A stretch of DNA of 64,000 nucleotides from Chrysomallon squamiferum. Taxonomy: Eukaryota; Animalia; Mollusca. Below, in pieces: positions 1 through 21,403 of this stretch. Within the stretch, counting starts at the first letter, position 1. Every line of letters begins with the position of its first letter. Under the pieces are notes generated by a model. It was not told where the DNA came from. It worked only from the letters and a program-made list of their open reading frames with translations, and searched no databases. The DNA lies in assembly GCA_012295275.1 (NCBI GenBank), contig CM022679.1, positions 27,466,001 to 27,530,000 of the forward strand, read 5' to 3'. A program made the position numbers and the translations under genes.

Positions 1-169
1 GCGATAGTGCTGTTGGAAAGTATAAACTTATCACAGCGGAGGTTAAGAAAAAATAATTGCAAAACATGCGAGTGGCGTTCGTGTGTCTGACATCACTTTG
101 GTTTACGTACAGTTCGGTTTAAGAACCAAATCCTGGAACGAATTGAGTTAGTAACCCGAGGTTCCACTG
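1..169 (+). mobile_element. 3' end of the same Tigger-like element in L4
   Basis: Near-identical to 6296-6464 and ends GTAACCCGAGGTTCCACTG. Confidence 0.8.
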
Positions 170-400
170 CATATATCAAACTGCACTGAAAGGGTTAAAA
201 CAAAATTAAAACTTTAATAATACTATTTTTGTTGAAAACACTCACTTCTACTTTGTTGTAAAACTGTCACTCAAGATATTTCTTTCCTCTCACTGATAAC
301 AGACATTCGGGATAAAAAAATTGATTTTTTTTTAATATACACAAAGCCAAAGTGAGTGTTTTTTTTGTTGTTTTTTTAAATGCACAGTTTCCATAGTTAC

Positions 401-2681
<2,281 letters not shown>

Positions 2682-3441
2682 CTAATAAAAAACAAATGTT
2701 AATAATTCATTCATTCACCTTAGAAATCAGTACAAGGTCACTTATTTCAGAAATATATTAATGAATATGTAATAAAAAAAACAATAGTAAAAATTGAAAA
2801 AAGGTATGTATCAATTATTGATCTCTGGAGTAATTTATGGCTATGTATTAAAATTATATGAAAGAAAAAATGTTTAAAATTAACAAAAGTGAAAGATATT
2901 AAAATAAAGAAAAATAATTTCTTTTCAGTCATCTGCTAAAATTTATTACACTCACGAAATATTTCTATTAATAGAATTTACCAGAGTAATGTTAGATATT
3001 AGTTTATTTGATCTCATATATATATATATATATATTTTAAAAACTTTTTAACAATTAAATAAAGGGCCTGAAAGGATATGTATAAGGAAACAAACAAAAC
3101 TCGTACCCAATTATTGATAGAAAAAACAAAAAATTCCATTATTCTCCGAAGAAACATTTAACAAAAATTTAACAAATTTATCATAGTTAAGAAATAATAA
3201 TAATAAAAGATATTTCATAATCCTCTTAGTTCAGCTTAAATCAACACTGCAGTATTATAACAATAATACATTCCTTCCCAGTATCCTGTTAATAAACATG
3301 TAACAGATACTCTTTTAGTATAAAAATAATTTTAAAAATTTCGGTAATCCTCTTAGTGAAACGTTAATGAACACTGGAGTAGTATAAAAATAATAATTGT
3401 TTTTCCATAATTTTGTTAATAAAAAATTAGCAAATAATCTG

Positions 3442-8973
<5,532 letters not shown>

Positions 8974-9742
8974 CTAATAAAAAACAAATGTTAATAATTC
9001 ATTCATTCACCTTAGAAATCAGTACAAGGTCACTTATTTCAGAAATATATTAATGAATATGTAAAAAAAAAACAATAGTAAAAATTGAAAAAAGGTATGT
9101 ATCAATTATTGATCTCTGGAGTAATTTATGGCTATGTATTAAAATTATATGAAAGAAAAAATGTTTAAAATTAACAAAAGTGAAAGATATTAAAATAAAG
9201 AAAAATAATTTCTTTTCAGTCATCTGCTAAAATTTATTACACTCACGAAATATTTCTATTAATAGAATTTACCAGAGTAATGTTAGATATTAGTTTATTT
9301 GATCTCATATATATATATATATATATTTTAAAAACTTTTTAACAATTAAATAAAGGGCCTGAAAGGATATGTATAAGGAAACAAACAAAACCAATATATA
9401 CTCGTACCCAATTATTGATAGAAAAAACAAAAAATTCCATTATTCTCCGAAGAAACATTTAACAAAAATTTAACAAATTTATCATAGTTAAGAAATAATA
9501 ATAATAAAAGATATTTCATAATCCTCTTAGTTCAGCTTAAATCAACACTGCAGTATTATAACAATAATACATTCCTTCCCAGTATCCTGTTAATAAACAT
9601 TTAACAGATACTCTGTTAGTATAAAAATAATTTTAAAAATTTCGGTAATCCTCTTAGTGAAACGTTAATGAACACTGGAGTAGTATAAAAATAATAATTG
9701 TTTTTCCATAATTTTGTTAATAAAAAATTAGCAAATAATCTG

Positions 9743-11080
9743 CTAGCGATTGACCTCGGATTTTTTGAGTTCATCAATGCATCTGTACAGAGCTTTACAT
9801 GTCCTGAACCACTTTGACTGAGTAACACCAGATGTCGAGTCAAGATGGTTGGTCACGTAGGCCCATCCAACTTGGTACTTAGTGTCTGCCGCAGCGTACT
9901 GTCCTCCATATCCCCCAAGTCCAAACATCTGAACAAATAAAATATTTTAAAATTTCGTATACATATATTTAGGTAAAAAAAAACAGTTTAAGTTTTTTGT
10001 TTAATCAGTTAATAGTTATAAAACTAAGAGAAGACTGTTCTGCTCTCATCATTTAAGTATATGTTCCTTTTACCTTATTATCTTGATCTAGTGGAACACC
10101 CGTTTCCCAGAACATGTGTTCCTGAAGTAATTTAGTCACATGAGGAGAGAGAATCCTCCTTCCCTTATCATCTGACCCGTTAACTAGGATACCATGAAGC
10201 TTAGCAACAGCTTTCGCAGTTCCAATCCCATGAGAGGAGCCAAGTGGAAGTTCCATAAAGTTTGGATCCTGCACCACCTCTGTCTGTTGGTTGTAGATGA
10301 TAGCAAAAAAAAAGTAAAATCACAGAGTTCTGTATAAGGTTACATGTCAGAATATATATATATATATATAAACATTTTGATATGTAATGTACATAGCAAT
10401 CTTTTGTATGATCACAATATAGATATTTAATTCTTTTTCCAACAGTTATTAAAACAAATAAAATCAGGACAGAGTTAAAAAAAGAAAAAAAAAGAATGAT
10501 GACACCACGATTGATCTGACTAAACTGCATCTACTCAAAGAAGAAAAGAAAAACATTATTTGACTTTTTTTGAAAAACAGAATAACTTCTGTGTGTAACT
10601 TACTCGTCTGGAGTCTGTTGGATCTCTGAAAATTTGCATGATGGCGTTTTGATCTTGTTTAAGGTCTTCGTTAGTTTTCGCAGGTTTCATGTGTAAGCTC
10701 GTCACTCGATACTTCTCAGATTTTGGCAAGCCAATGTGAAAGTTTATGTCTGTATAATGTCAAACACGCTGTGAATACAGTCTAGGTAATTTTTTTAAAA
10801 GGTTGTTTGACTGTTACAGATTGTGAATTTAAAAGAGTATTGAATACAGCTGAATTTTTGAAAGGTAGTTTTATTATTATATTAAAAGAACATTCATTGC
10901 CGAGTACTTCATTTTGTTTTTTAATTTATTTAATTGATATCGATTGAGACTATTAAAAAAACACTGACTACAGTCTAGTTCAGTCTTTAAATTAAATAGT
11001 TATTTTAACACAGATTGTATATATCAAAAAAAAAAGAAATAATCCATAATTATTTAATATCAATCATCTGCATGTGGTTA

Positions 11081-11151
<71 letters not shown>

Positions 11152-14100
11152 GTATATCTACAAAAAGAAACATGTTTCATTGCTATTTTTGTTATTTAGT
11201 AAGGTATCTTTTATAAACATCTTCACCAGAAAAATAAAAACATATTCGTTTTAGTTTTTCTTATGTGATACACGTTACATAATCAGTGCCTACCTGGACT
11301 AATAACAAAACTAAAATAAAGAGGAATTAATGGAAATAGCACAACATTAATGTGTTCTAGAAACACAATATTTTTATCACTTAAATACAGTTTCATTCTT
11401 AATTTTTTTATTGTTTGTTTCATATTTTAAGTAAAAATGACCCTCAAGGACCCTCTGAACTGACTTCACTAGTGTATAAATGAACATAATCTCAAAACAT
11501 TAGCCCGAATTATATAAGTTAATCCTTTATGAATTACAAAAGATGTAGTGATAAATAATATTCATCAAATTATCTGAACTTTATTATAATGTAAATATTC
11601 TGGCTTACTGAAAGCGAAACAACAAGAAGAACAAGCTAAGAAAGAAAGAAAGAAACAAAAAAACATAAAATAATTTTAAAAAATTCTTCTGAAAAATTGT
11701 TTGGTTTGTTTCATCTGTATTGTAAACTCAAGAATTTAGAAAGAAAGAAAAATAATTCACTTACTGAAAGGTTCAGCAATTTCTTCTTTGAAGTACTGAG
11801 ACAAACTTCGATGTTCTGGGTCAATTCTTCTGACTATCAGATCAAGATAAATGCCAAATGTTAGTGGATGGTAGCCATGTTTTGTTCCTGTCACAGAGAA
11901 AGCAAGTATCAGGATCAATATATTTATATGTGAATTCACAAACACGATTACAGACACAGTAACATACAGACATACATACATCCTGGAAATCATTTAATAT
12001 GCAAAGTAATATACAACTACATTTGATTAACCTTTTCAAAACCAAAGTTTGGTGCAACACATATTTCCCACTGCCAGGTATTTTGGGGAAAATTATATTC
12101 GGGTTTAATTTAAGTTACTGCGTTCAGACATGATGAAAATATTCTGGTATTTTAAGCTATCTTGTCAGTGGCAATCTTCTAGCACGTTGAGATACATCTC
12201 AAACTGTAGTGAAGGGTTAAGAAATGGAAGCTTTTATATTCCTTTTTTTAAACGCTCACTTAGCAAATCAAGATGATTTTTTTGAATAATTAATATGTGA
12301 ATAACGGATATTAGGTAAATTTTTATTTTTATTTCTTGATATATGCAAAGACAAAGCCAGTGTTTTAAAATAATGCACAGTTACCATAGTTACCTGGTGT
12401 CCACAATGGTTTCTGATCAGCTAATAGTCTACTTAACTCATGTGGATTATCTCTAATCCAGGATAATTCATAATCTCTGTCTAGATCTGGTAGGCCAGCC
12501 TGAACATAAAAAAAAAAAAAAATATTAATAAATAATTATAATAAAAAAAAAGAAAAAAAAAGAAAAGAAATACAATTTCTAAATAATAACATATCTGCAA
12601 TTTGAATCAGTTTTTAATTAAGAATGAATTGTGTAGTTTTCACATTTGCATATTATATTTTAGTGTTAGTTTTTCAAGATGAAATAGTATCGGACTTGTA
12701 GAATTGATTCAGTGTAGCATTTCATTGACTTCCAGGGTGTAGCACTAACTTCTAATTGCTAATTATCTTGTAAAATGTTTTTGTTGACAGTTTACTAGAT
12801 ATCATTATATGTGAAACATTTGCTATTTTAGATCTCATCACTGTCATGCAGAAGGGAGGGGTTATGGGTGTAACGGCTCCATCAGGGGGTGGGGCATTCA
12901 TCCAAAGAGTGAAATAAATTTGTTGTTCAAGCTAATGTGGCTAATTTATATTTAATTTGAACAAAACATTTAGCTGATGTGTTTTTTGCTTTTCCAACAT
13001 ATTTAAGATGTTTTGTTTTACACATTTCTCAGTACTCTGTCAGTTCTGTGTATTTCTCAGTTCATAGAAAAGGTAGAATACAAACAGTTAATAATTTACT
13101 AAATTATCCTTACCTGATTGTTGAGGAACATTTTCAGAGTTATCTCCTCCTTTCCGTTTTGAGCAAATTCAGGCCAGTATTTGCATATTTTATCTTCATA
13201 ATTTAACTCTCCTCTGGAAAATTAAAATATATTAAAAGAAAACTAATAATAATAAAAGTAAAATAAATATAAAAATTGAAAAATAAATTATAACTGAAAG
13301 GATCGATTTCAAACTGATTTAAAATGTAATTTATCAATATTTTGGACTGCATATAAGGTAACAGGCAAACTATAAAAGTCGAGACCTGCTTTGAAAAATT
13401 TCACTAAGAATCAGAACTTGAGATTTTGAATGAAGAGTTAAACCTATTGATAACTAAATGTTCTAGATTATTATATGTACCATTTTTATCAGTTCATTTA
13501 CTCTCTCTCTCTCTCTCTCTCTCTGGATTGATCGACACAAAGATAGATGTAGATAGATTCATATGTGTGTATGCATGTATCTCTGTGGGTATGTACTTTT
13601 GTATGTGTGTGCGTGTGCGCGCGTCTGTGTATGTGTGTGTGTGTGTGTGTGTTTGTATGTGTGTGCGTGTATGTAACTCTGATACCTGTCTACCAAGTGT
13701 GCTATGACAACAGCTGATGCACTTTTTGTGGCTGAGAAGAAGAAACTCAGAGTGTTTTTTTCCCAGGGTCTCCGCTCCTGAGGGTCTGCCAGCCCAGCCC
13801 ACAGGTTGACAACCAGTTCTCCACGGTAATACGCAGCAAAACTTCCTCCTCGTTCTTTTCCATTCTTCAAGTTATCTCTGCAGTTAGTTTAGAATATACA
13901 ATAAAGTACTCTTTAAAACTGAAACATCTGTGTGCAGGAAAATATGAATAAAGATTGCATAAGATTGGGGTTTTATGTTAAGCATCTTATAATATAATTA
14001 GTTTTTTAATTACTTAATTTTAAAAGTAAATATTTTTAATCCAAATAAAAATAAAGATAAAAATACAAATAGGATAAGATTTGGGTTTTATATGAAGCAA

Positions 14101-14742
14101 GCTATAATATAATTAGTTTTGTTTAATTAATTGTTTTTTTCTAAAATGAATATTTTAAATCGAAATAAAGATAGAAAAAGGATAAGATTTGGGTTTTATA
14201 TGATGTTATTAGTTTTGTTTAATTAATTACTTTTAACAGTTGATATTTTAAATCCAGAAAAAATAAATAAAATTGGGGTTTTATAAGATGAAACTATGAT
14301 ATTATTAGTTTTATTTAGTTAATTATTTTTAACAGTTAATATTTTAAATCGAAATAAAAATAAAAATAGAATATGATTGGCGTTTTAGATAATGTAGAAT
14401 ATGATATTATTAATTTTATTTAAATAATTATTTTTTAAAATGAATATTTGAATCCATGTATATGAAAAGAAAAATATAAATGGGATAATAAACAGGTTTG
14501 ACTACAGATGTTTGTAAATTTCGTATACAGATAAACTATATTATTTTTATTTTTAAATTTTTTTGATAGTTAATAACCTTTTGAACTGAAATTCATGTCC
14601 ATAAATATAAAAAGGGTTTTAAAAAACAACAGAATTAGTGTAAATATAGATAAATATGATGCAACAAATCGAGAACTGTTTACTTGAAAGTTTGTTCAAC
14701 ATCTTCAAATCCTTCTTTCACATCGCCATGAAGTTGTTTTTC
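9743..14742 (-). CDS. Tandem hydrolase unit L2: exons 2-9 only, open frame (373 aa), no ATG/anchor exon, HGG motif changed to LGG; either a second domain of an L1-L2 fusion or a 5'-truncated pseudogene
   Basis: Exons 14742-14684 (59 nt), 13877-13686 (SATK), 13213-13114, 12499-12394, 11887-11765 (HGYHP), 10749-10604, 10283-10074, 9928-9743 (MFGLGGYGG); 1122 nt open. Only ~500 nt separate it from the L1 stop and they contain no exon-1 homologue. Confidence 0.7.
12031..12216. mobile_element. ~186-bp piggyBac-type MITE in hydrolase intron 5 (L2 copy)
   Basis: Flanked by TTAA on both sides with CC(C/T)TTTC...GAA(A)GGG termini. Homologues lie at 17536-17721 (L1), 5731-6489 (L3, Tigger nested inside) and 43232-43900 (R1, Tigger nested inside). 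Confidence 0.65.
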
Positions 14743-15238
14743 CTGAATTAAAACAGATATTAATAATTCATTCATTCACCTTAGAAAGAATTACAATAGT
14801 CCCTTATTTCTGTTTTGTTCAGAAGTTTAACAATCAGTATGTAAGAAAAAAATAATAAGAATAATAAAAAAAATTAGGTAGTCATGTTAATGTTGTTAAT
14901 GTCTTGAGTAGTTTATGGCTATGTATTAAAATTATATGAAAAATTCCATAATCCTCCAAATAAAAATTTAACAAATATTGTAGTAGTTAAGCAATAATGA
15001 TAATAAAAAGATATTTCATAATCCTCTTAATAAAGCTTGAACCAACACTGCAGTAGTATAACAATAATTGAATTTTCCCCATTATCCTGTTAAAATTTAA
15101 CAGACACTCTGTTAGTATAAAAATAATTTTAAAAGTTTCATTAATCCTCTTACTAAAACGTTAATGAACACTGCAGTTGTATAAGAATAATAATTGTTTT
15201 TCCATAATTCTGTTAATAAAAATATAGCAAATACTCTG

Positions 15239-16619
15239 CTAGCGATTGACCTCCTGTTTTTTAAGTTCATCAATACATCTGTACAGAGCTTTACATAAAC
15301 TGAACGACTTTGACTGAGTAACATCAGATGTCAAGTCAAGATGGTTGGTCACGTAGGCCCATCCAACTTGGTACTTAGTGTCTGCCGCAGCGTACTGTCC
15401 TCCATATCCCCCATGCCCAAACATCTGAACAAATAAAATATTTTAAAATTTCATATATATATATATTTACGTAAAAAAACAGTTTAAGTTTTTTGTTTAA
15501 TCAGTTAATAGTTATAAAACTAAGAGAAGACTGTTCTGCTCTCATCATTTAAGTATATGTTCCTTTTACCTTATTATCTTGATCTAGTGGAATATCAGAA
15601 CATGTTTCCCAGAACATGTTTTCCTGAAGTAATTCAGTCACCTCTGCAGAGAGAATACTCCGTCCCTTATCATCTGACCCGTTACCTAGGATACCATGAA
15701 GCTTAGCAACAGCTTCAGCAGTTCCAACTCCATGAGAGGAGCCAAGTGGAAGTTCCATAAAGTCTGTATCCTGCATCATCTCTGCCTGTTGGTTGTAGAT
15801 AGAAAAAAGAAGTAAAATCACAGAGTTCTGTATAGGGTTACATATCAGAATATATATATATATATATATATAAACATTTTGATATTTAATGTACATAGCA
15901 ATCTTTTGTATGATCATGATATAGATATTTCATTCTTTTTCAAACAGTTATTAAAAGAAATAAAATCATGACAGAGTTCAAAAAAAAAAGAAAAAAGAAT
16001 GATGACACCACGATTGATCTGACTAAACTGCATCTACTCAAAGAAGAAAAGAAAAACATTATTTGACTTTTGTTGAAAAAAAGAATAACTTCTGTGTGTG
16101 ACTTACTCGTCCGCAGTCTGTTGGATCTCTGAAAATTTGCATGATGACGTTTTGATCTTGTTTAAGGTGTTCGTTAGTTTTCGCAGGTTTCACGTGCAAG
16201 CTCGTCACTCGATACTTCTCAGACTTTGGCAAGCCAATGTGAAAGTCTATGTCTGTATAATGTCAAACACGCTGTGAATACAGTCTAGGTCATTTTTTTA
16301 AAAGGTTGTTTGACTGTTACAGATTGTGAATTTAAAAGAGTATTGAATCTAGCTGAATTTTTGAAAGGTAGTTTTATTATTATATTAAAAGAACATTCAT
16401 TGCTGAGTACTTCATTTTGTTTTTTAATTTATTTAATTGATATCGATTGAGACTATTAAAAAAACACTGACTACAGTCTAGTTCAGTCTTTAAATTAAAT
16501 AGTTATTTTAACACAGATTGTAAATATAAAAAAAAAAAAAATAAATAATCAATAATTATTTAATATCAATCATCTGCATGTGGTTATATATATATATATA
16601 TAGATATAGATATAGATAG

Positions 16620-16655
<36 letters not shown>

Positions 16656-19600
16656 GTATATCTACAAAAAGAAACATGTTTCATTGCTATTTTTGTTATT
16701 TAGCAAGGTATCTTTTATAAACATCTTCACCAGAAAAATAAAAACATATTCGTTTTAGTTTTTCTTATGTGATAAACGTTACATAATCAGTGCCTACCTG
16801 GACTAATAACAAAACTAAAATAAAGAGGAATTAATGGAAATAGCACAACATTAATGTGTTCTAGAAACACAATATTTTTATCACTTAAATACAGTTTCAT
16901 TCTTAATTTTTTTATTGTTTGTTTCATATTTTAAGCAAAAATGACCCTCAAGGACCCTCTGAATTGACTTCACTAGTGTATAAATGAACATAATCTCAAA
17001 ACATTAGCCCGAATTATATAAGTTAATCCTTTATGAGTTACAAAAGATGTAGTGATAAATAATATTCATCAAATTATCTGAACTTTATTATAATGTAAAT
17101 ATTCTGGCTTACTGAAAGCGAAACAACAAGAAGAACAAGCTAAGAAAGAAAGAAACAAACAAAAAAACATAAAATAATTAAAAAACATTTTTTCTGATAA
17201 ATTGTTTGGTTTGTTTCATCTGTATTGTAAACTTAAGAATTTAGAAAGAAAGAAAACAAATTCACTTACTGAAAGGTTCAGCAATTTCTTCTTTGAAGTA
17301 CTGAGACAAACTTCGATGTTCTGGGTCAATTCTTCTGACTATCAGATCAAGATAAATGCCAAATGTTAGTGGATGGTAGCCATGTTTTGTTCCTGTCACA
17401 GAGAAAGCAAGTATCAGGATCAATATATTTATATGTGAATTCACAAACACGATTACAGACACAGTAACATACAGACATACATACATCCTGGAAATCATTT
17501 AATATGCAAAGTAATATACAACTACATTTGATTAACCTTTTCAAAACCAAAGTTTGGTGCAACACATATTTCCCACTGCCAGGTATTTTGGGGAAAATTA
17601 TATTCGGGTTTAATTTAAGTTACTGCGTTCAGACATGATGAAAATATTCTGGTATTTTAAGCTATCTTGTCAGTGGCAATCTTCTAGCACGTTGAGATAC
17701 ATCTCAAACTGTAGTGAAGGGTTAAGAAATGGAAGCTTTTATATTCCTTTTTTAAACGCTCACTTAGCAAATCAAGATGATTTTTTTGAATAATTAATAT
17801 GTGAATAACGGATATTAGGTAAATTTTTATTTTTATTTCTTGATATATGCAAAGACAAAGCCAGTGTTTTAAAATAATGCACAGTTACCATAGTTACCTG
17901 GTGTCCACAATGGTTTCTGATCAGCTAATAGTCTACTTAACTCATGTGGATTATCTCTAATCCAGGATAATTCATAATCTCTGTCTAGATCTGGTAGGCC
18001 AGCCTGAACAAAGAAAAAAAAAAAATATATTAATAAATAATTATAATAAAAAAAAAGAAAAAAAAGAAAAGAAATACAATTTCTAAATAATAACATATCT
18101 GCAATTTGAATCAGTTTTTAATTAAGAATGAATTGTGTAGTTTTCACATTTGCATATTATATTTTAGTGTTAGTTTTTCAAGATGAAATAGTATCGGACT
18201 TGTAGAATTGATTCAGTGTAGCATTTCACTCACTTCCAGGGTGTAGCACTAACTTCTAATTGCTAATTATCTTGTAAAATGTTTTTGTTGACAATTTACT
18301 AGATATCATTATATGTGAAACATTTGCTATTTTAGATCTCATCACTGTCATGCAGAAGGGAGGGGTTATGGGTGTAACGGCTCCATCAGGGGGTGGGGCA
18401 TCCATCCAAAGAGTGAAATAAAATGAATTATATTTAATTTAAACAAAACATTTAGTTGATGTGTTTTTTGCTTTTCATACATATTTAAGATGTTTTGTTT
18501 TACACATTTCTCAGTACTCTGTCAGTTCTGTGTATTTCTCAGTTCATAGAAAAGGTAGAATACAAAATAAAACAGTTAATAATTTACTAAATTATCCTTA
18601 CCTGATTTTTGAGGAACATTTTCATAGTTATCTCCTCCTTTCCATTTTGAGCAAATTCAGGCCAGTATTTGCATATTTTATCTTCATACTTTAACTTTCC
18701 TCTGGAAAATTAAAATATATTAAAAGAAAACTAATAATAATAAAAGTAAAATAAATTGAAAAATTGAAAAATAAATTATAACTGAAAGGATCGATTTCAA
18801 ACTGATTTAAAATGTAATTTATCAATATTTTGGAGTGCATATAAGGTAACAGGCAAACTATAAAAGTCGAGACCTTTTTTGAAAAATTTCACTAAGAATC
18901 AGAACTTGAGATTTTGAATGAAGAGTTAAACCTATTGATAACTAAATGTTTTAGATTATTATATGTACCATTTTTATCAGTTCATTTACTCTCTCTCTCT
19001 CTCTCTCTCTGGATTGATCGACACAAAGATAGATGTAGATAGATTCATATGTGTGTATGCATGTATCTCTGTGGGTATGTACTTTTGTATATATATATGT
19101 GTGCGTGTGCGCGCGTCTGTGTATGTGTGTGTGTGTGTGTGTTGATTTGTATGTGTGTGTGTGTATGTATCTCTGATACCTGTCTACCAAGTGTGCTATG
19201 ACAACAGCTGATGCACTTTTTGTGGCTGAGAAGAAGAAACTCAGAGTGTTTTTTTCCCAGGGTCTCCGCTCCTGAGGGTCTGCCAGCCCAGCCCACAGGT
19301 TGACAACCAGTTCTCCACGGTAATACGCAGCAAAACTTCCTCCTCGTTCTTTTCCATTCTTCAAGTTATCTCTGCAGTTAGTTTAGAATATACAATAAAG
19401 TACTCTTTAAAACTGAAACATCCGTGTGCAGGAAAATATAAATAAAGATTAGATAAGATTTGGGTTTTATATGAAGCAAGCTATAACATAAGTAGTTTTG
19501 TTTAATTAATTATTTTTTATTAAATTGATATTTTAAATCCAAATAAAAATAAAAATGGCATATGATTGGAATTTTATATAATGTAGTCTATATGATTAAT

Positions 19601-20136
19601 TTTATTTAATTAATTATATTTGAAAGTTTATATTTTAAATCCAAATGCAGATTATGATATTATTAATTTTATTTAAATTATTATTTTTAAAAGATAATAT
19701 TTTTAATCGATATATAAGATAACAAAAATAATACTGAGGTGTCAAATCAGATAAACTATATTATTTTTATTTTTAAATTTGTTTTGATAGTTGATAACCT
19801 TTGAAACTGAAATTCATGTCCGTAAATTAAAAAAAAGAGAGGGAAATGAAAAGAATAACAGTAAATATAGATAAATATGATGCAAGAAATGGAAACTGTT
19901 TACTTGAAAGTTTTTACAACATCTTCAAATCCTTCTTTCACAAAGCCATGAAGTTTTGGTTCTATTTTCCTAATAAAAACAGATATTAATAATTCTTTCA
20001 TTCACCTTAGAAACCAATACAAGGTCACTTATTTCTGTTTTCTTCAGAAATATATTAATGAATATGTAAATAAATAAAAAACTATTTAAATATCACTTAA
20101 TAATATCTTGACTAATCTGAGGCTATGTATTAAAAT

Positions 20137-20230
<94 letters not shown>

Positions 20231-20915
20231 GAAGAAAGAAAAATGTACCTTTTCGAAACACGTTCCTCTTAATGTTGGTAAATATTCTAAACTTTAGTTA
20301 TAATTACAAATTTAATCACTTTTTATAGTCTATATTTATTTTATGGTATCGGTATCATTAGATTTCGTGTATTCAGTCATTTAACTTTAATATCCTTCAT
20401 TTTAGTGTTGTATCTGATTTCAACTGAACTATCAATTTTTATATTCTTTTTGGACGTTTTCACCTAAAGGTTAAATAAATGTAAATCATTGATGAAATTC
20501 ATGAATGAAAAGACTGAGTCATCTGTTGAATGGAAGGTACTGAAACGTGAAATAGAAATATTTCTGAGAAGAAGAAGAACAAGAAGAATGAGGCTTGGAA
20601 AATGTAGACGTTACTGAAATAAATAAATAAATAAATTTCTTCTTCATACTCTTTCAAACAAAATCTACACGCAATAAACATTTCAGCGATCTTTGATTTA
20701 AAGGGAGAGTACTCTCAATTTATAAATTTATAATAATGATTGTAAATGGGTTATTTTAACTTTCACTTTAATAAATAAATAAATAAATAAATAAATTTGT
20801 TAATATGTGTAAATGCGAATGCAGTTAGTCGTATTTAATCATAGCAAAAAATAAGTGATTATCTACCTAGCATCCTAATAATTTATGGAAGAAAATAAGA
20901 ATGATGAAAGAAAGA

Positions 20916-20982
<67 letters not shown>

Positions 20983-21060
20983 GAAGGAAAAAAGAAAGGT
21001 CTTAAAGAATATTAAACATGTGTCGCTGATGATTATCAGTTAAATAATGAGACAAAATAA

Positions 21061-21122
<62 letters not shown>

Positions 21123-21403
21123 GTTATTGCCATGACACAACACAAAGCCTACAATAATATAACAAGTATTTTCTACATTATCACATTGTGAACGTACAGT
21201 AAAAAATGTATTTATTTATTTATTTGTCATTGACTTGAATTATTAAAATTTATATGAGTGTGATTCGAAATTAGATGATTTTAAAAGTCTTAAATTCTAA
21301 CGTACCTTTTGTTGTAGATGAGTATAAGTATTCCTATGACGAAGGCGACGAACAACCCAACTGATAATGCAATTAATAAATAGGAGACTAGCTGAGAGTC
21401 CAT
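15239..21403 (-). CDS. Beta-lactamase-domain serine hydrolase (lact-2 / family VIII esterase-like), unit L1; intact, 9 coding exons, 410 aa, N-terminal hydrophobic anchor
   Basis: Exons 21403-21306 (MDSQLVSYLLIALSVGLFVAFVIGILILIYNK), 19969-19904, 19371-19180 (FFFSATK = SxxK), 18701-18602 (YWPEFAQNGKEEIT), 18003-17898 (AGLP..KPLWTPG), 17392-17270 (HGYHPLTFG = catalytic Tyr motif), 16252-16107 (FHIGLP), 15785-15570, 15424-15239 (FGHGGYGG). All introns are GT-AG with consistent phases; total 1233 nt with no internal stop. Confidence 0.9.
17536..17721. mobile_element. piggyBac-type MITE, L1 copy
   Basis: TTAA-CCTTTTC...GAAGGG-TTAA; near-identical to 12031-12216. Confidence 0.6.
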
